DNA from: Limnochordia bacterium
GTDB lineage: Bacteria > Bacillota > Limnochordia > DTU080
Reading direction: 5' to 3'
DNA length: 64,000 bases
Assembly (NCBI GenBank): GCA_050951545.1
Contig: JBMNJG010000006.1
Coordinates: forward strand, 128,001-192,000
Shown: positions 10,509-20,117 of the stretch, one piece after another
Layout of the letters: each line of letters opens with the position of its first letter
Position numbering within the stretch: the first letter of the stretch is position 1
The notes under the pieces: generated by a model
Seen by the model: the letters and a program-made list of their open reading frames with translations, nothing else
Databases searched by the model: none
Told to the model about the DNA's origin: nothing
Translations under genes and position numbers: made by a program

Positions 10509-11381
10509 CTAGCAGTTGCGCAGTCGCCGCCACGCTGCAGCTAGCCTCTCCACGATCTCATGGTTCTGCACAAGAAGCTCCTGCTGGTCTAGATTCTTCG
10601 AAGCGCGGGGACCGTAGACCTCCATCGTGTAATAGCCTGAGTAGCCGCACGCAGATAGCGAGCCCATGATCTGATCCCAGTTTAGTGCACCATCTCCGGG
10701 TACCGCATGCAGGTGCTTCTGGCCTTCATCATCTGCGAGATGCACGGCCCATAGCTGCGAGCCGGCCTGTTCGATTTGCGCAGCCGCGTCGAGGCCGTTG
10801 TAGCTCGCATGCACAGTATCCACACACAGTCCCAGATGATCGCATTGCAGGCGCTCGATCACCTGCTGCAGCTCGCTGATGTTACCACCCGCACGCAAGT
10901 CACGTGTCGGCTGGTTCTCTAGAGCCAAGCGCACGTCCAGCGCTGTAGCCAGATCCCCTAGTTCCGCTAGGCTTCTGGTGCTTTGTCGGTTTCTTCTTTC
11001 CCAGTCAGCCACATCGACAGCCACTGCGTAGCTATTCGGGTGTATCACCAGCAGACTCACGTCTTGCTCGGCGCAGCTTTCCAGATAAGACGCCAGAAGG
11101 CTACACACATCACGCCGCGTACGCTCATCTGGATGACTGATATCCAGACCGATAAACGGAAGATGCACAGAAGTGACTTTGATCTGCTCGCTGGCGGCCG
11201 CTTGCACCGCTGTGGCAACGCTAGCAGGTTCTGAAAGATGCTGGTAGCCTAACTCCACACACGTAAAGCCACCACTGCGAATCACGCCTAGGGCTTCCTT
11301 CAATGGCAACGCACGAGCAATGGCGGTCGACACAGCCGCCGCTTGCACTTCTCGACACGCTGAGACAGATATGCTTCTCAC
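10509..11381 (-). CDS. Sugar phosphate isomerase/epimerase (xylose isomerase-like TIM barrel)
   Basis: LALEN, CVDTVH, VHLADD, H..PGDG.LNW, GY..YYTME. Confidence 0.85.
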   Translation of the reverse strand: MRSISVSACREVQAAAVSTAIARALPLKEALGVIRSGGFTCVELGYQHLSEPASVATAVQAAASEQIKVTSVHLPFIGLDISHPDERTRRDVCSLLASYLESCAEQDVSLLVIHPNSYAVAVDVADWERRNRQSTRSLAELGDLATALDVRLALENQPTRDLRAGGNISELQQVIERLQCDHLGLCVDTVHASYNGLDAAAQIEQAGSQLWAVHLADDEGQKHLHAVPGDGALNWDQIMGSLSACGYSGYYTMEVYGPRASKNLDQQELLVQNHEIVERLAAAWRRLRNC

Positions 11382-11400
11382 CCCGTTCCAGTACTACGAG

Positions 11401-12657
11401 TCAGTGCCATGGAAAAGCTTGTCGCCTGTACACCTGCTTCCCCCAGTCCAGGTCTTGGCGCATAAGGAAGGCCCCTCCTCCACGCCAGTGGCCGCCCGCG
11501 AGCAGATGGTCAATCAGCGCCCGGCGCAGCGTGGTGTCCCGCGGCGCACGAGTGAGATCATCGGGAACGTAGCCGAAAACCCGTCGTAGTGCCTCCTGGC
11601 CCCCCGATCTGATGGGCAACAGGTAGAACTCGGAAAGGAAGCGGACTAAGTTCGCATTGGGAGGGAGTAGTGTCTCTAGTTGCAGGTCCAGAAGCCATGA
11701 ACCAGCAGCGTAGGCACGGAAATCGAACTCCGGAAAGTGCCGAGGAAAAAAGACCAGCGAGTGCTGAAATGACTCACCACATTGGTCGAAATCAAGTCTG
11801 CTACCCGCAGGGATGTGAAGCTGTAGCACCGCGTCCCCCGGTGCCAACACTTGTTCCCATTCCTTCCAGGGCAGCCAAACCTCGTCACATAGAGCACGAC
11901 CCACTGGAAGTATGGGATTGCCTCGCACCCCGTCTTCCTTGAGCTCCAGTGAGGATTCCCAAACACCGATGGTCTCTGTCACCCCACCAGCACCGTTTCT
12001 CTGGCCATCCCTGCGATAGCTCAGCCCGCCCTCAGATAGGGCCACCACTGTTCCCTGCTGGCGATGCCGGAAGGCACGCACGTGGCCGTGATAGGAGCCT
12101 AGTTGAAACTGCAGCCGTCCCAGTTGGAAGATCTCGCACCGCAGATGGTTGGTCAGCCAGTTAAGGTTGCCTAGTGCGAGACCCCATGTGCCGTGCCTCT
12201 CATGATGCACCACTGCCCAGCGCCCTACATCGGCCAAGGTATCGCTGACCACGTTGCCTGGAATCGAGTGCCGCGTGTAAAGATCCCGAACGTGGGGGAT
12301 CCCAGCAAGCACCGTGAGCAGGTAGAATTCCTCCGACTCCCCAGGCAGAACATGGGCCACAGAGGGCCAATCAGCGATAGCTGAGCGCGGGTAGGCGGTA
12401 CTGCATAGGCAGTGTTGGAAATGCCATGCGAGAGCGCTGAGCGCTGGGCTCGCCGCCACGTACTGGGCAGTAGCCACCACTGCCTCGACAGCCATCGGAG
12501 GCATGTCCGCTTGACGACATGCATCTGCCAGGTAGGCTGGCCGCAGAAAGAAGAGGTCACCCGCGGGCAGTGATGCCTGCGAGCCCTCCCACTCTCGAGA
12601 CAAGATATCTTGGCTCTGATCCAGCTGCAGAGATGCAACTACGTCAACCAACTGCAC
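11401..12657 (-). CDS. GNAT-like acyltransferase-domain protein
   Basis: FQLGRLQF, LHIPAG, SWLLD..L, N.VRF motifs; GGAGGT RBS before GTG 12657. Confidence 0.7.
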   Translation of the reverse strand: MQLVDVVASLQLDQSQDILSREWEGSQASLPAGDLFFLRPAYLADACRQADMPPMAVEAVVATAQYVAASPALSALAWHFQHCLCSTAYPRSAIADWPSVAHVLPGESEEFYLLTVLAGIPHVRDLYTRHSIPGNVVSDTLADVGRWAVVHHERHGTWGLALGNLNWLTNHLRCEIFQLGRLQFQLGSYHGHVRAFRHRQQGTVVALSEGGLSYRRDGQRNGAGGVTETIGVWESSLELKEDGVRGNPILPVGRALCDEVWLPWKEWEQVLAPGDAVLQLHIPAGSRLDFDQCGESFQHSLVFFPRHFPEFDFRAYAAGSWLLDLQLETLLPPNANLVRFLSEFYLLPIRSGGQEALRRVFGYVPDDLTRAPRDTTLRRALIDHLLAGGHWRGGGAFLMRQDLDWGKQVYRRQAFPWH

Positions 12658-12851
12658 ATTCTCTACCTCCCAGCATAGAGCTGCTTGACGCGGTACGATG
12701 CGGCAAGGCTTGTAACCTAGCTGCATCGCGCCCGCCAATCACGTACAGTGGTTCTCGGTCTTGGCACAGATACCTGCGACAAAGACGGCTCCTAGAGCCT
12801 GCTCTAACGCAGTGCGCACCGCTGGTGAGTTGAACGTTGCCTGGACAGGCT

Positions 12852-12950
12852 GCATCGGTCGCTTTCTACCAAATCACGGGATGTAACCGGCCTGTGCACC
12901 GACCCGCCACGGTGATCCCGCGCCAACGAGTGCCTTGTCTACACAGATGC
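12852..12950 (-). repeat. Left diverged inverted repeat of the HTH-nuclease element
   Basis: Its reverse complement (gcatctgtgtagaca...gtgcacaggccggttacatcccgtgatttggtagaaagcgaccgatgc) aligns with 14849-14959 (gcatctgggtaggaca...gtgcacacaccggttacatcacccaattcggcaagagacggccgatgc). Confidence 0.65.
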
Positions 12951-13045
12951 CGTGCGCACCTTGCCGTGGTGCTAGCTTCAGTGAAGCAGATAGGGCTGCG
13001 CTAGCTCACAGTGGGCTCATGCCGATTCTCGTCATGAGTCAAGTG

Positions 13046-13372
13046 GGGGTCGGTTACATCGCCCAAATCGGCAAGAAGGGGGCGATGCTCACTGGTTTCA
13101 CTTCCGTCAGTCCCGCACCCGGCTGGTGAGTCGGGGCCCGGGGTCGGTTACATCGCCCAAATCGGCAAGAAGGGGGCGATGCTCACTGGTTTCACTTCCG
13201 TCAGTCCCGCACCCGGCTGGTGAGTCGGGGCCCGGGGTCGGTTACATCGCCCAAATCGGCAAGAAAGGGGCGATGCTCACTGGTTTCACTTCCGTCAGTC
13301 CCGGACCCGGCTGGTGAGTCGGGGCCCGGGGTCGGTTACATCACCCAAATCGGCAAGAAGGGGGCGATGCTC
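13046..13372 (+). repeat. Tandem repeat, 94-bp unit, about 3.5 copies
   Basis: ggggtcggttacatcgcccaaatcggcaagaagggggcgatgctc... units start at 13046, 13140, 13234 and 13328 and are near-identical. Confidence 0.95.
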
Positions 13373-13658
13373 CAGTTTCATCTTCGATCACAGGAGGCCG
13401 ACCAGGCGACGAGGCAAGTTCTGGGCAAGGCAAGATGGCTATTGAGCGGAACATTGTGATTTCGAGGCGGTTACAGCCGGAAGCGGGGCGCCCGTTGGCG
13501 CACCACGGGTCTGCTATTGTCACGACTTGTGCCGAGGGCACCTGGCGAGGGCATAGGGGCACCCGCTCTAGCGAGCGGCAGCGAGAGGTTGCTGAGACCC
13601 CCATTGGTGAAGGGGGACAGATGATTCGAGGCTATGGCGCACTCTTGACTGTCGTTGG

Positions 13659-14688
13659 CTATTCGTTGGCGGCGTCACTGGTGGGCGCCCAGCCACCCTT
13701 AGCCGTCTCGCGGTAGAATCGACTCCTCAGATCGAGGTACCTGAGGAGTTTCTTGTTAAGGTCGCTTCGCAACGGCAGCAGTTGGCCAGCCTTGAACTTC
13801 ATGGTGAGCCAGGACAGGTCCTTGGCATGGATCACAACCAACGTGACGTTGTTCTTCTCACACAATTCACGCTTGGTCTTGTCACGTTCCATCTGCTTAG
13901 CCACCACGTCAGCCGAGAACCGTTTGGTAGGGGTGTAGTGTTGTGGCCCGTTAAACTCAAAAGCCACCGCCTCGAGGTCATAGTGGCGGTCGAGCTCCAG
14001 TAACATGCCAGTAGCCGGGTTGACGAGAAAACGGGGAGACGCGTTGTCCTTATGGTCATCGGAGTCGAAAATAGCCGATAGGTATTCCTGCATCAAGGCC
14101 TGTCCGAAGAACTCAGCCTCGTCGAGTCGCTGCTGCGCCGCTAGCAGTTCATCCATGTACTTGCGGGCGACCGGGTTACAGAGGCTGAAGTAAATGGGAG
14201 CCTGCTTGTGCTCTTGCTGCATCTCCAGCCAGCCCAGCTTCGCCAGTTGTCGAGCGGCCCGCTTGACCGTCTTGGCGTCTAGACTCATCATCCGGGACAC
14301 AGATGCATATGTGAACACGCCCTGCAGATTACGGTAATCCGAGCGTGGCCTGCAGTGCACCATAGACCACCTTGGCCTGAGCACTGACCTCCGTGGCGAT
14401 GATCAGCTCAGTAGGCATGACCACCCTTGGCCCCGACAGCTCTCTTGCTGGGGCCTGGTTGACGCCTGTGGGCAGATTGTACCAGCCCTCAGTGGTTAGC
14501 TTTGCCGTAGCCTTGCGGACGGTGGGTCGGGACAAACCGGTACGAGCAGCCAAGCGAGTGGGCGACAGACGAGCTCGCTGCCCCAATTCAGCGTCGAGTG
14601 TGAGGGCCAGCCAGACTACCTTATCCGTCGCTCTTAACTGGCTAGTGAGCAGCAACGAGATCGGCACGCGAACCTCTTCGATATCCAA
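13659..14688 (-). pseudogene. Tandem HTH + Vsr/DUF559-like PD-(D/E)XK endonuclease gene (~342 aa) split by a +1 frameshift near 14341
   Basis: GGAGGTG RBS + TTG 14688; HTH SPTRLAARTGLSRPTVRKA; after the frame change a second HTH (TYASVSRMMSLDAKTVKRA), then LELDRHY..AFEFNGPQHY..QMERDKTKRELCEKNNVTLVVI. Confidence 0.7.
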
Positions 14689-14730
14689 GGGTGCCACCTC
14701 CAGCCAGAATGTCTGTTCGATGCACACCCT

Positions 14731-14756
14731 TTCGACGTACGTCAGTAAGGTTCCTT
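14731..14756 (-). promoter_or_regulatory. Putative sigma-H-type promoter of the nuclease gene
   Basis: Minus strand AAGGA-N18-GAA (gaaggaaccttactgacgtacgtcgaaa), resembling the Bacillus SigH consensus AGGA-N17/18-GAAT. Confidence 0.35.
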
Positions 14757-14848
14757 CATCAAAAGGTCGATTCAGACAAAACCAGAGGCGGCGTGCACCC
14801 AGCTCTTGAAAGCGAGGCGCGATGGCACGTTTTCCGGTCGTGATGGGC

Positions 14849-14959
14849 GCATCTGGGTAGGACAGTGCTAGCCCGCCGCGGTGACCAGTGCCGTCCTGCC
14901 AAAGCAGACCCGTGCACACACCGGTTACATCACCCAATTCGGCAAGAGACGGCCGATGC
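14849..14959 (+). repeat. Right diverged inverted repeat; its last ~40 bp match the 94-bp tandem unit in direct orientation
   Basis: cggttacatcacccaattcggcaagagacggccgatgctc vs tandem unit cggttacatcacccaaatcggcaagaagggggcgatgctc. Confidence 0.7.
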
Positions 14960-14969
14960 TCGCCCGACC

Positions 14970-16067
14970 CTACGGACGGCTCCCCGCCCCGAACACTTGC
15001 AGATGCCGGGGCCGCACAAAGACCGCCTCGCCTATCTTGAGCCCTAGACGGCGATAGTGTTCCTTGGTCAGCCGGGCCTCCAACACCTCGCCTGTCGTCT
15101 GGCGGCGCAAATCGACGTGCACCACCGGACCCACGCATTGCACGTGTTGCACCACAACCTCCAAGGCATCCCCTGCTGCCTCTCGCCGGAGCTCCATATC
15201 GTGAGGGCGCACATAGCCGACTGCCTTTCTCTCTAGGGCGACCTCTCTGAGACTGTCACCGAACTCCCCCTGCTGTCCGTTGAACGCTCCTACATCACCC
15301 GCGTCCCAGCAGAAACATCCCTTGTCGACGCGACCGTGAAACAGGTTTACACTGCCCAGAAAGCGGCATACAAAGGGATTCGCCGGATGCTCATACACCT
15401 GTTCGGGCGAGCCAATCTGCTCAATGCGGCCTTCATTCATAATCACCACGCGATCTGCCACCTCAAGAGCTTCCTCCTGGTCATGTGTAACAAACAGGCT
15501 GGTGATCTGGATCTCATCATGTAGGCGACGTAGCCAACGTCGCAACTCCTGACGCACAGTGGCATCCAACGCCCCAAAGGGCTCATCTAATAAGAGCACC
15601 CGGGGTTCGATCGCTAAGGCTCGGGCCAGGGCGACTCGCTGGCGCTGTCCGCCGGAAAGCTGCCACGGGTAACGTTTTGCCATTCCCTCCAGCTGTACCA
15701 ACTGCAGGAGGCTGTTTACCCGTTGGTTTATCTCGTCCTGCGAGGGTCGGTGTGGGCGTGGTCTCACCCGCAGTCCAAAGGCCACATTCTCAAAGACGCT
15801 CATGTGGCGAAAGAGCGCGTAGTGCTGAAAGACGAAGCCCACGCGGCGCTCGCGAGCACTGCGCAGAGTGGCGTCTCGTCCGTCAAACAGAAGAGAGCCA
15901 GAGTCTGGGCTCTCCAGGCCAGCGATAATGCGCAACAACGTGGTCTTTCCCGAGCCCGAGGGACCTAGCAAAGCTACTAGCTCCCCTAAGGGTACCCGCA
16001 TACTTACGTCGTCCAAGGCGGCAAAGCAGCCAAAGCGCTTCGAAATACTGCATACCTCGATGCTCAC
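14970..16067 (-). CDS. cysA: Sulfate ABC transporter ATP-binding protein
   Basis: [38 protein letters not shown]-like C-terminus; operon context. Confidence 0.95.
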   Translation of the reverse strand: MSIEVCSISKRFGCFAALDDVSMRVPLGELVALLGPSGSGKTTLLRIIAGLESPDSGSLLFDGRDATLRSARERRVGFVFQHYALFRHMSVFENVAFGLRVRPRPHRPSQDEINQRVNSLLQLVQLEGMAKRYPWQLSGGQRQRVALARALAIEPRVLLLDEPFGALDATVRQELRRWLRRLHDEIQITSLFVTHDQEEALEVADRVVIMNEGRIEQIGSPEQVYEHPANPFVCRFLGSVNLFHGRVDKGCFCWDAGDVGAFNGQQGEFGDSLREVALERKAVGYVRPHDMELRREAAGDALEVVVQHVQCVGPVVHVDLRRQTTGEVLEARLTKEHYRRLGLKIGEAVFVRPRHLQVFGAGSRP

Positions 16068-16099
16068 CGAACAGGCCCCCCACAGTCATATAGATGGCT

Positions 16100-16930
16100 C
16101 TAGCGGTACGAGCGCCTCTCCACAAAGCGTTTGACGGCTAAGGTGACCAAGGCCAGCAGCATAAGCAGTGAAGCCACTGCAAAGGCCGCCGCGAAGCTGT
16201 ATTCGTTGTAGAGAATCTCCACGTGTAGTGGAAGTGTATTGGTCACCCCTCGAATGTGGCCCGAGACCACGGATACGGCACCAAACTCACCCATCGCCCG
16301 AGCATTGCACAAGATAGCCCCGTAGAGCAGTCCCCACTTGACATTGGGCAAGCTCACCCGCCAGAAGGTCCGCCAACCGCTAGCCCCAAGAGCCAGTGCT
16401 GCCTCCTCTTCTTCCACCCCTTGCGCCTGCATGAGCGGAATCAGCTCCCGGGCCACAAAAGGTAGCGTGACGAAGAGAGTAGTCAGCACAATACCAGGCG
16501 TGGCGAAGATGACACGCAGGCTCAGCGCGTCAAGGCAAGGTCCAAGAAGACCTCGGTTGCCCATCAGCAGCACAAACGCCAGGCCTGCAATGACTGGTGA
16601 AACAGCGAAGGGCAGATCTATCAGCGTAATTAGCACACGTTTGCCAGGAAAATCGAATTTGCCAATAGCCCAGGCCGCAGCGAGACCAAAAGCCGTGTTC
16701 AACGGGACCACGATAACCGCCACGATCAACGTAAGACGGACAGCGGCCAGGGTGTCTGAATCAGCGATGGCCGCCACATACACCCGCCAGCCAGCTGAGA
16801 ACGCTTGTGAAAAGACGATGACCAGTGGAATGACGAGAAAGAGGCTCAAGAAGATGACAGCGACCGCAACCAGTGCCCAGCGCACTGCAGGGGGCTCCAA
16901 GGCCCCACTACCAGCCCGTCTTGCCTGCAT
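16100..16930 (-). CDS. cysW: Sulfate ABC transporter permease CysW
   Basis: DLPFAVSPVIAGL, NARAMGEFGAVSVVSGHIRG.TNTLPLHVEILYNEY. Confidence 0.95.
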   Translation of the reverse strand: MQARRAGSGALEPPAVRWALVAVAVIFLSLFLVIPLVIVFSQAFSAGWRVYVAAIADSDTLAAVRLTLIVAVIVVPLNTAFGLAAAWAIGKFDFPGKRVLITLIDLPFAVSPVIAGLAFVLLMGNRGLLGPCLDALSLRVIFATPGIVLTTLFVTLPFVARELIPLMQAQGVEEEEAALALGASGWRTFWRVSLPNVKWGLLYGAILCNARAMGEFGAVSVVSGHIRGVTNTLPLHVEILYNEYSFAAAFAVASLLMLLALVTLAVKRFVERRSYR

Positions 16931-16942
16931 GGCCCACCATCC

Positions 16943-17785
16943 TCACGACGATCGAGTGCCACAGCGGCGCATACTCCACCACTGCAACGTATTGATGGCC
17001 AGGAGTAGCACAAACGAGATCAGGAGCATAACCACCCCAATAGCAGTCGCGCCAGCGTAGTCAAACTGCTCCATCTTGGTCATGATCAGCAGGGGAACGA
17101 TCTCGGTTCGCATCGGCATGTTGCCCGAGATGAAGACCACCGTGCCGTACTCACCTAGTGCCCTGGCCAGCGACAATGCAAAGCCCGTGAGCACTGCGGG
17201 CACTACCGTCGGCAGAATGACCCGCCAGAACACCTGCCAGCGACTTGCCCCAAGCGTAGTGGCTGCTTCTTCCGTATCGGAGTCTAGGTCCTGCAACACA
17301 GGCTGCACAGTGCGCACAACAAAGGGCAACCCAATGAACGTCAGTGCGATAACCACACCCAAAGGGGTGTATACTGCCTGCACTCCCAGGGGGCGGACAA
17401 GCCGTCCAAGGGGACCTGAGGGGGTCCAAGCCGTGGTCAAGGCCACGCCACCAACGGCTGTCGGCAAGGCGAAGGGCAGATCCACAAGACTGTCCATCAC
17501 GCTCTTTCCTGCAAAATCGTAACGCACGAGAACCCAAGCCACCAACAGCCCAAACAGGGCATTCAGGCAGGCACTGGCACCAGCAGCGACCAGACTGAGC
17601 CGATAGGCGGTCACCACGCGAGGGGCACTCACCGCAGCCCAGAAAGCCGTCCAACCCATACCTGCAGCCCTGATGAAGACGACTACGATCGGAATCAGCA
17701 CCAGTAGGCTGACATAGAGCATGGTCAGACCTAATGTCAGACCAAATCCCGGCAGCGATCTGCGTTCACGAGCCACAGTCCACAT
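16943..17785 (-). CDS. cysT: Sulfate ABC transporter permease CysT
   Basis: LPGFGLTLG, DLPFALPTAV, ARALGEYG..VFISGNMPMRTEI. Confidence 0.95.
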   Translation of the reverse strand: MWTVARERRSLPGFGLTLGLTMLYVSLLVLIPIVVVFIRAAGMGWTAFWAAVSAPRVVTAYRLSLVAAGASACLNALFGLLVAWVLVRYDFAGKSVMDSLVDLPFALPTAVGGVALTTAWTPSGPLGRLVRPLGVQAVYTPLGVVIALTFIGLPFVVRTVQPVLQDLDSDTEEAATTLGASRWQVFWRVILPTVVPAVLTGFALSLARALGEYGTVVFISGNMPMRTEIVPLLIMTKMEQFDYAGATAIGVVMLLISFVLLLAINTLQWWSMRRCGTRSS

Positions 17786-17816
17786 CACTCCCTGTGGGTC
17801 TTTCCATGCCTCGCCA

Positions 17817-18830
17817 CTACTGCTGGTACATACGGTCGAACATACCACCGTCTGCAAAGTGCGTGGCCTGAGCCTTGCCCCAACCGCCGAACATCTCATC
17901 GACTGTGAACAGATCGATGGCAGGAAACTGCTGGGCATACTTGGCCTGGACCTTGGTCTGCTGGGGTCGGTAATAATGCTTGGCGGCCATCTCTTGCCCA
18001 GCGGGAGAGTACAAGTACTCCAAGTAAGCCTGAGCCACATCGCCTGTGCCATGCTTATCGACGACTGCATCGACTACAGCGACAGGCGGCTCAGCCAAGA
18101 TGCTTACCGATGGCATCACAATCTCATAGCCACCACGGCCAATGTCGCGCACAATCAGCTGCGCCTCGTTTTCCCACGCCACCAACACATCGCCCACACC
18201 ACGCTGCACAAAGGTCGTCGTCGAGCCTCGAGCACCGGAATCAAGCACAGGCACATTCCTAAAGAGCTTGGTCACAAACTCCCGGGCCTTCTCCGTGCTG
18301 CCATAGCGCCTGACAGCGTACCCCCAGGCGGCGAGGTAGTTCCAGCGCGCCCCGCCGGATGTCTTGGGGTTGGGGGTGATCACCTCCACGTCGGGGCGCG
18401 CCAGGTCATCCCAGTCGCGAATCCCCCGGGGGTTAGCCTTGCGCACCACGAAGACGATGGTCGAGGTGTAGGGGCAGCTATTGCTGGGTAGCCGAGACTG
18501 CCAGTTAGCTGGGATCAGCTTAGCCTGCGTGTGGAGAGCATCGATGTCATACGCCAAGGCTAGGGTAACCACATCAGCCTCTAGACCATCGATTACCGAG
18601 CGTGCCTGCTTGCCAGAGCCACCGTGAGACTGCCGCACCTGCAGCAGCTGCCCAGTCTCTTGCCGCCAGTGACGCACAAAGGCCGCATTAAGCTCCTGGT
18701 AGAACTCCCGAGTCGGGTCGTATGAGACGTTAAGTAACGTCACAGGTTGCTTCTTTGCCGTTCTCATCGACGACAACAGCAGCACTGGCACTGCGAGCAC
18801 GAGCACTATCCACGCCTTCCAGTGGCGCAT
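17817..18830 (-). CDS. sbp: Sulfate-binding protein
   Basis: [55 protein letters not shown]. Confidence 0.95.
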   Translation of the reverse strand: MRHWKAWIVLVLAVPVLLLSSMRTAKKQPVTLLNVSYDPTREFYQELNAAFVRHWRQETGQLLQVRQSHGGSGKQARSVIDGLEADVVTLALAYDIDALHTQAKLIPANWQSRLPSNSCPYTSTIVFVVRKANPRGIRDWDDLARPDVEVITPNPKTSGGARWNYLAAWGYAVRRYGSTEKAREFVTKLFRNVPVLDSGARGSTTTFVQRGVGDVLVAWENEAQLIVRDIGRGGYEIVMPSVSILAEPPVAVVDAVVDKHGTGDVAQAYLEYLYSPAGQEMAAKHYYRPQQTKVQAKYAQQFPAIDLFTVDEMFGGWGKAQATHFADGGMFDRMYQQ

Positions 18831-19017
18831 GATCCATCACTCTCCGGAACTAGGAGTCAACCCCTAGATATGCGCCTCAATGACTTTTGCTCATAGGAGT
18901 GAATTCCCGTACGCCGCTCGTGCTCGTGTCAGAGCTACGAAACCCCAGCGTACGGCCATGCAGCAGGACATCACCCCCGACTACTCGAACAGCTTGAGCC
19001 AAGGAGAGATGTCCCTA

Positions 19018-19857
19018 ATGAGTGTCCAAGTCACGTTTCTCGGCACAGCATCCGGTCTGCCTGCCGCAGACAGGTTTGGTCAGACCATCGTCGTCAGCAC
19101 CTCTAAGGCAGACGATAGCTCACCCACACATTTGCTCCTGGACACAGGTGACGGAGCGAGCTCGCTGTTGATGCGCCATGGTCTGAAGCATGGCCATATT
19201 GAGGCCGTCTTCATATCTCACATGCATGCAGACCACCATGGCGGACTGGCGCAAGTGATCAAGACCTGTATGCACACTCACCGCTCGCACCCTCTGACCA
19301 TCGTGGCCCCTGGCGAAGGCATTGCTCCCTTACAGGCCTATCTCGCAGCCAGCTATCTAGTGGCACCCTTTCTGGGCTATGATATTCGCTGGATTTCCAT
19401 AGACGAGTACGTAGGCCTGCCCTGCACCTTGACTGCCGAAGCGCAACTGACAGCCTACGCAAATGATCACATGCGTGGGTACCGTAGACGCCTGAGCCAG
19501 ATCTCTGGGTCATCAGCCTATACCTTCGAGAGCTACAGTGCGGCCCTTGTCGTGGGATCCTCCCGTCTCGTGTATTCGGGTAACCTGGCTGGGGCTCGGG
19601 GCCACGATGAACTGGCCCCTTTTATAGAGCCCTGCGACCTGTTCATCACGGAGCTCGCACATACCGATCCCGGCGAGCTAGGGAGATTTCTGGCACATCG
19701 GGCGATTCAGCATACAGCTGTAGCCCACTTCCATCCCAAGTGGAATGGCGTGAGCGACGAGGAAATCCTCGATCGGATACAACAAGGAGCCGGTGCTACA
19801 GATATCACTGGGAAATTGACCCTGGCCCACGACGGTACGACGATAGGTAGACTGTAA
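19018..19857 (+). CDS. MBL-fold metallo-hydrolase, RNase Z-like family
   Basis: VTFLGTASG.P, LLDTGDG, SHMHADHHGGL, AHFHP; AAGGAG RBS. Confidence 0.85.
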   Translation: MSVQVTFLGTASGLPAADRFGQTIVVSTSKADDSSPTHLLLDTGDGASSLLMRHGLKHGHIEAVFISHMHADHHGGLAQVIKTCMHTHRSHPLTIVAPGEGIAPLQAYLAASYLVAPFLGYDIRWISIDEYVGLPCTLTAEAQLTAYANDHMRGYRRRLSQISGSSAYTFESYSAALVVGSSRLVYSGNLAGARGHDELAPFIEPCDLFITELAHTDPGELGRFLAHRAIQHTAVAHFHPKWNGVSDEEILDRIQQGAGATDITGKLTLAHDGTTIGRL

Positions 19858-19873
19858 CCCACCGGGGCCCCGC

Positions 19874-20104
19874 TCACTTGGCGCTGCCCAGAAGGCCAAG
19901 TAGAGCCTCATTAGCCATCTCGAGTCCTCTCATGGGGTTGGGGATGGTAACGCCCATCACTTGCAGTACGCTGAGTACAAAAGCCAACAGCATGAGGGTC
20001 GCGAAGACTGCGAACTCACCGTAGAGCCTATCGCGCAGCAGTGATGGCACCTCATGCCAAGCGATGAGGACGAAGACAACAACCAAACCCAGCAACAGCA
20101 GCAT
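19874..20104 (-). CDS. Small membrane protein at the end of the gerK operon
   Basis: Two hydrophobic segments and an IPNP motif; typical position after gerKC. Confidence 0.65.
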   Translation of the reverse strand: MLLLLGLVVVFVLIAWHEVPSLLRDRLYGEFAVFATLMLLAFVLSVLQVMGVTIPNPMRGLEMANEALLGLLGSAK

Positions 20105-20117
20105 GATACGACATCCC

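Larger units (their letters stand above)
12852..14959 (-). mobile_element. Putative IR-bounded element carrying a tandem repeat and an HTH-endonuclease gene
   Basis: Inverted repeats at both ends, internal 94-bp array, one nuclease gene; sits between unrelated operons; no target-site duplication seen. Confidence 0.45.

Noticed and set aside
13046-13372. 94-bp array as a CRISPR or guide-RNA (TIGR-like) array
   Set aside because: Units are identical apart from a few substitutions; no variable spacers
14689-15138. Long N-terminal extension of track ORF 14329..15138
   Set aside because: Overlaps cysA and the right IR; a strong RBS + TTG at 14688 is the better start
16338-18491. Long plus-strand ORFs opposite cysW/cysT/sbp, and similar antisense ORFs elsewhere
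   Set aside because: Shadow ORFs of well-supported genes in GC-rich DNA
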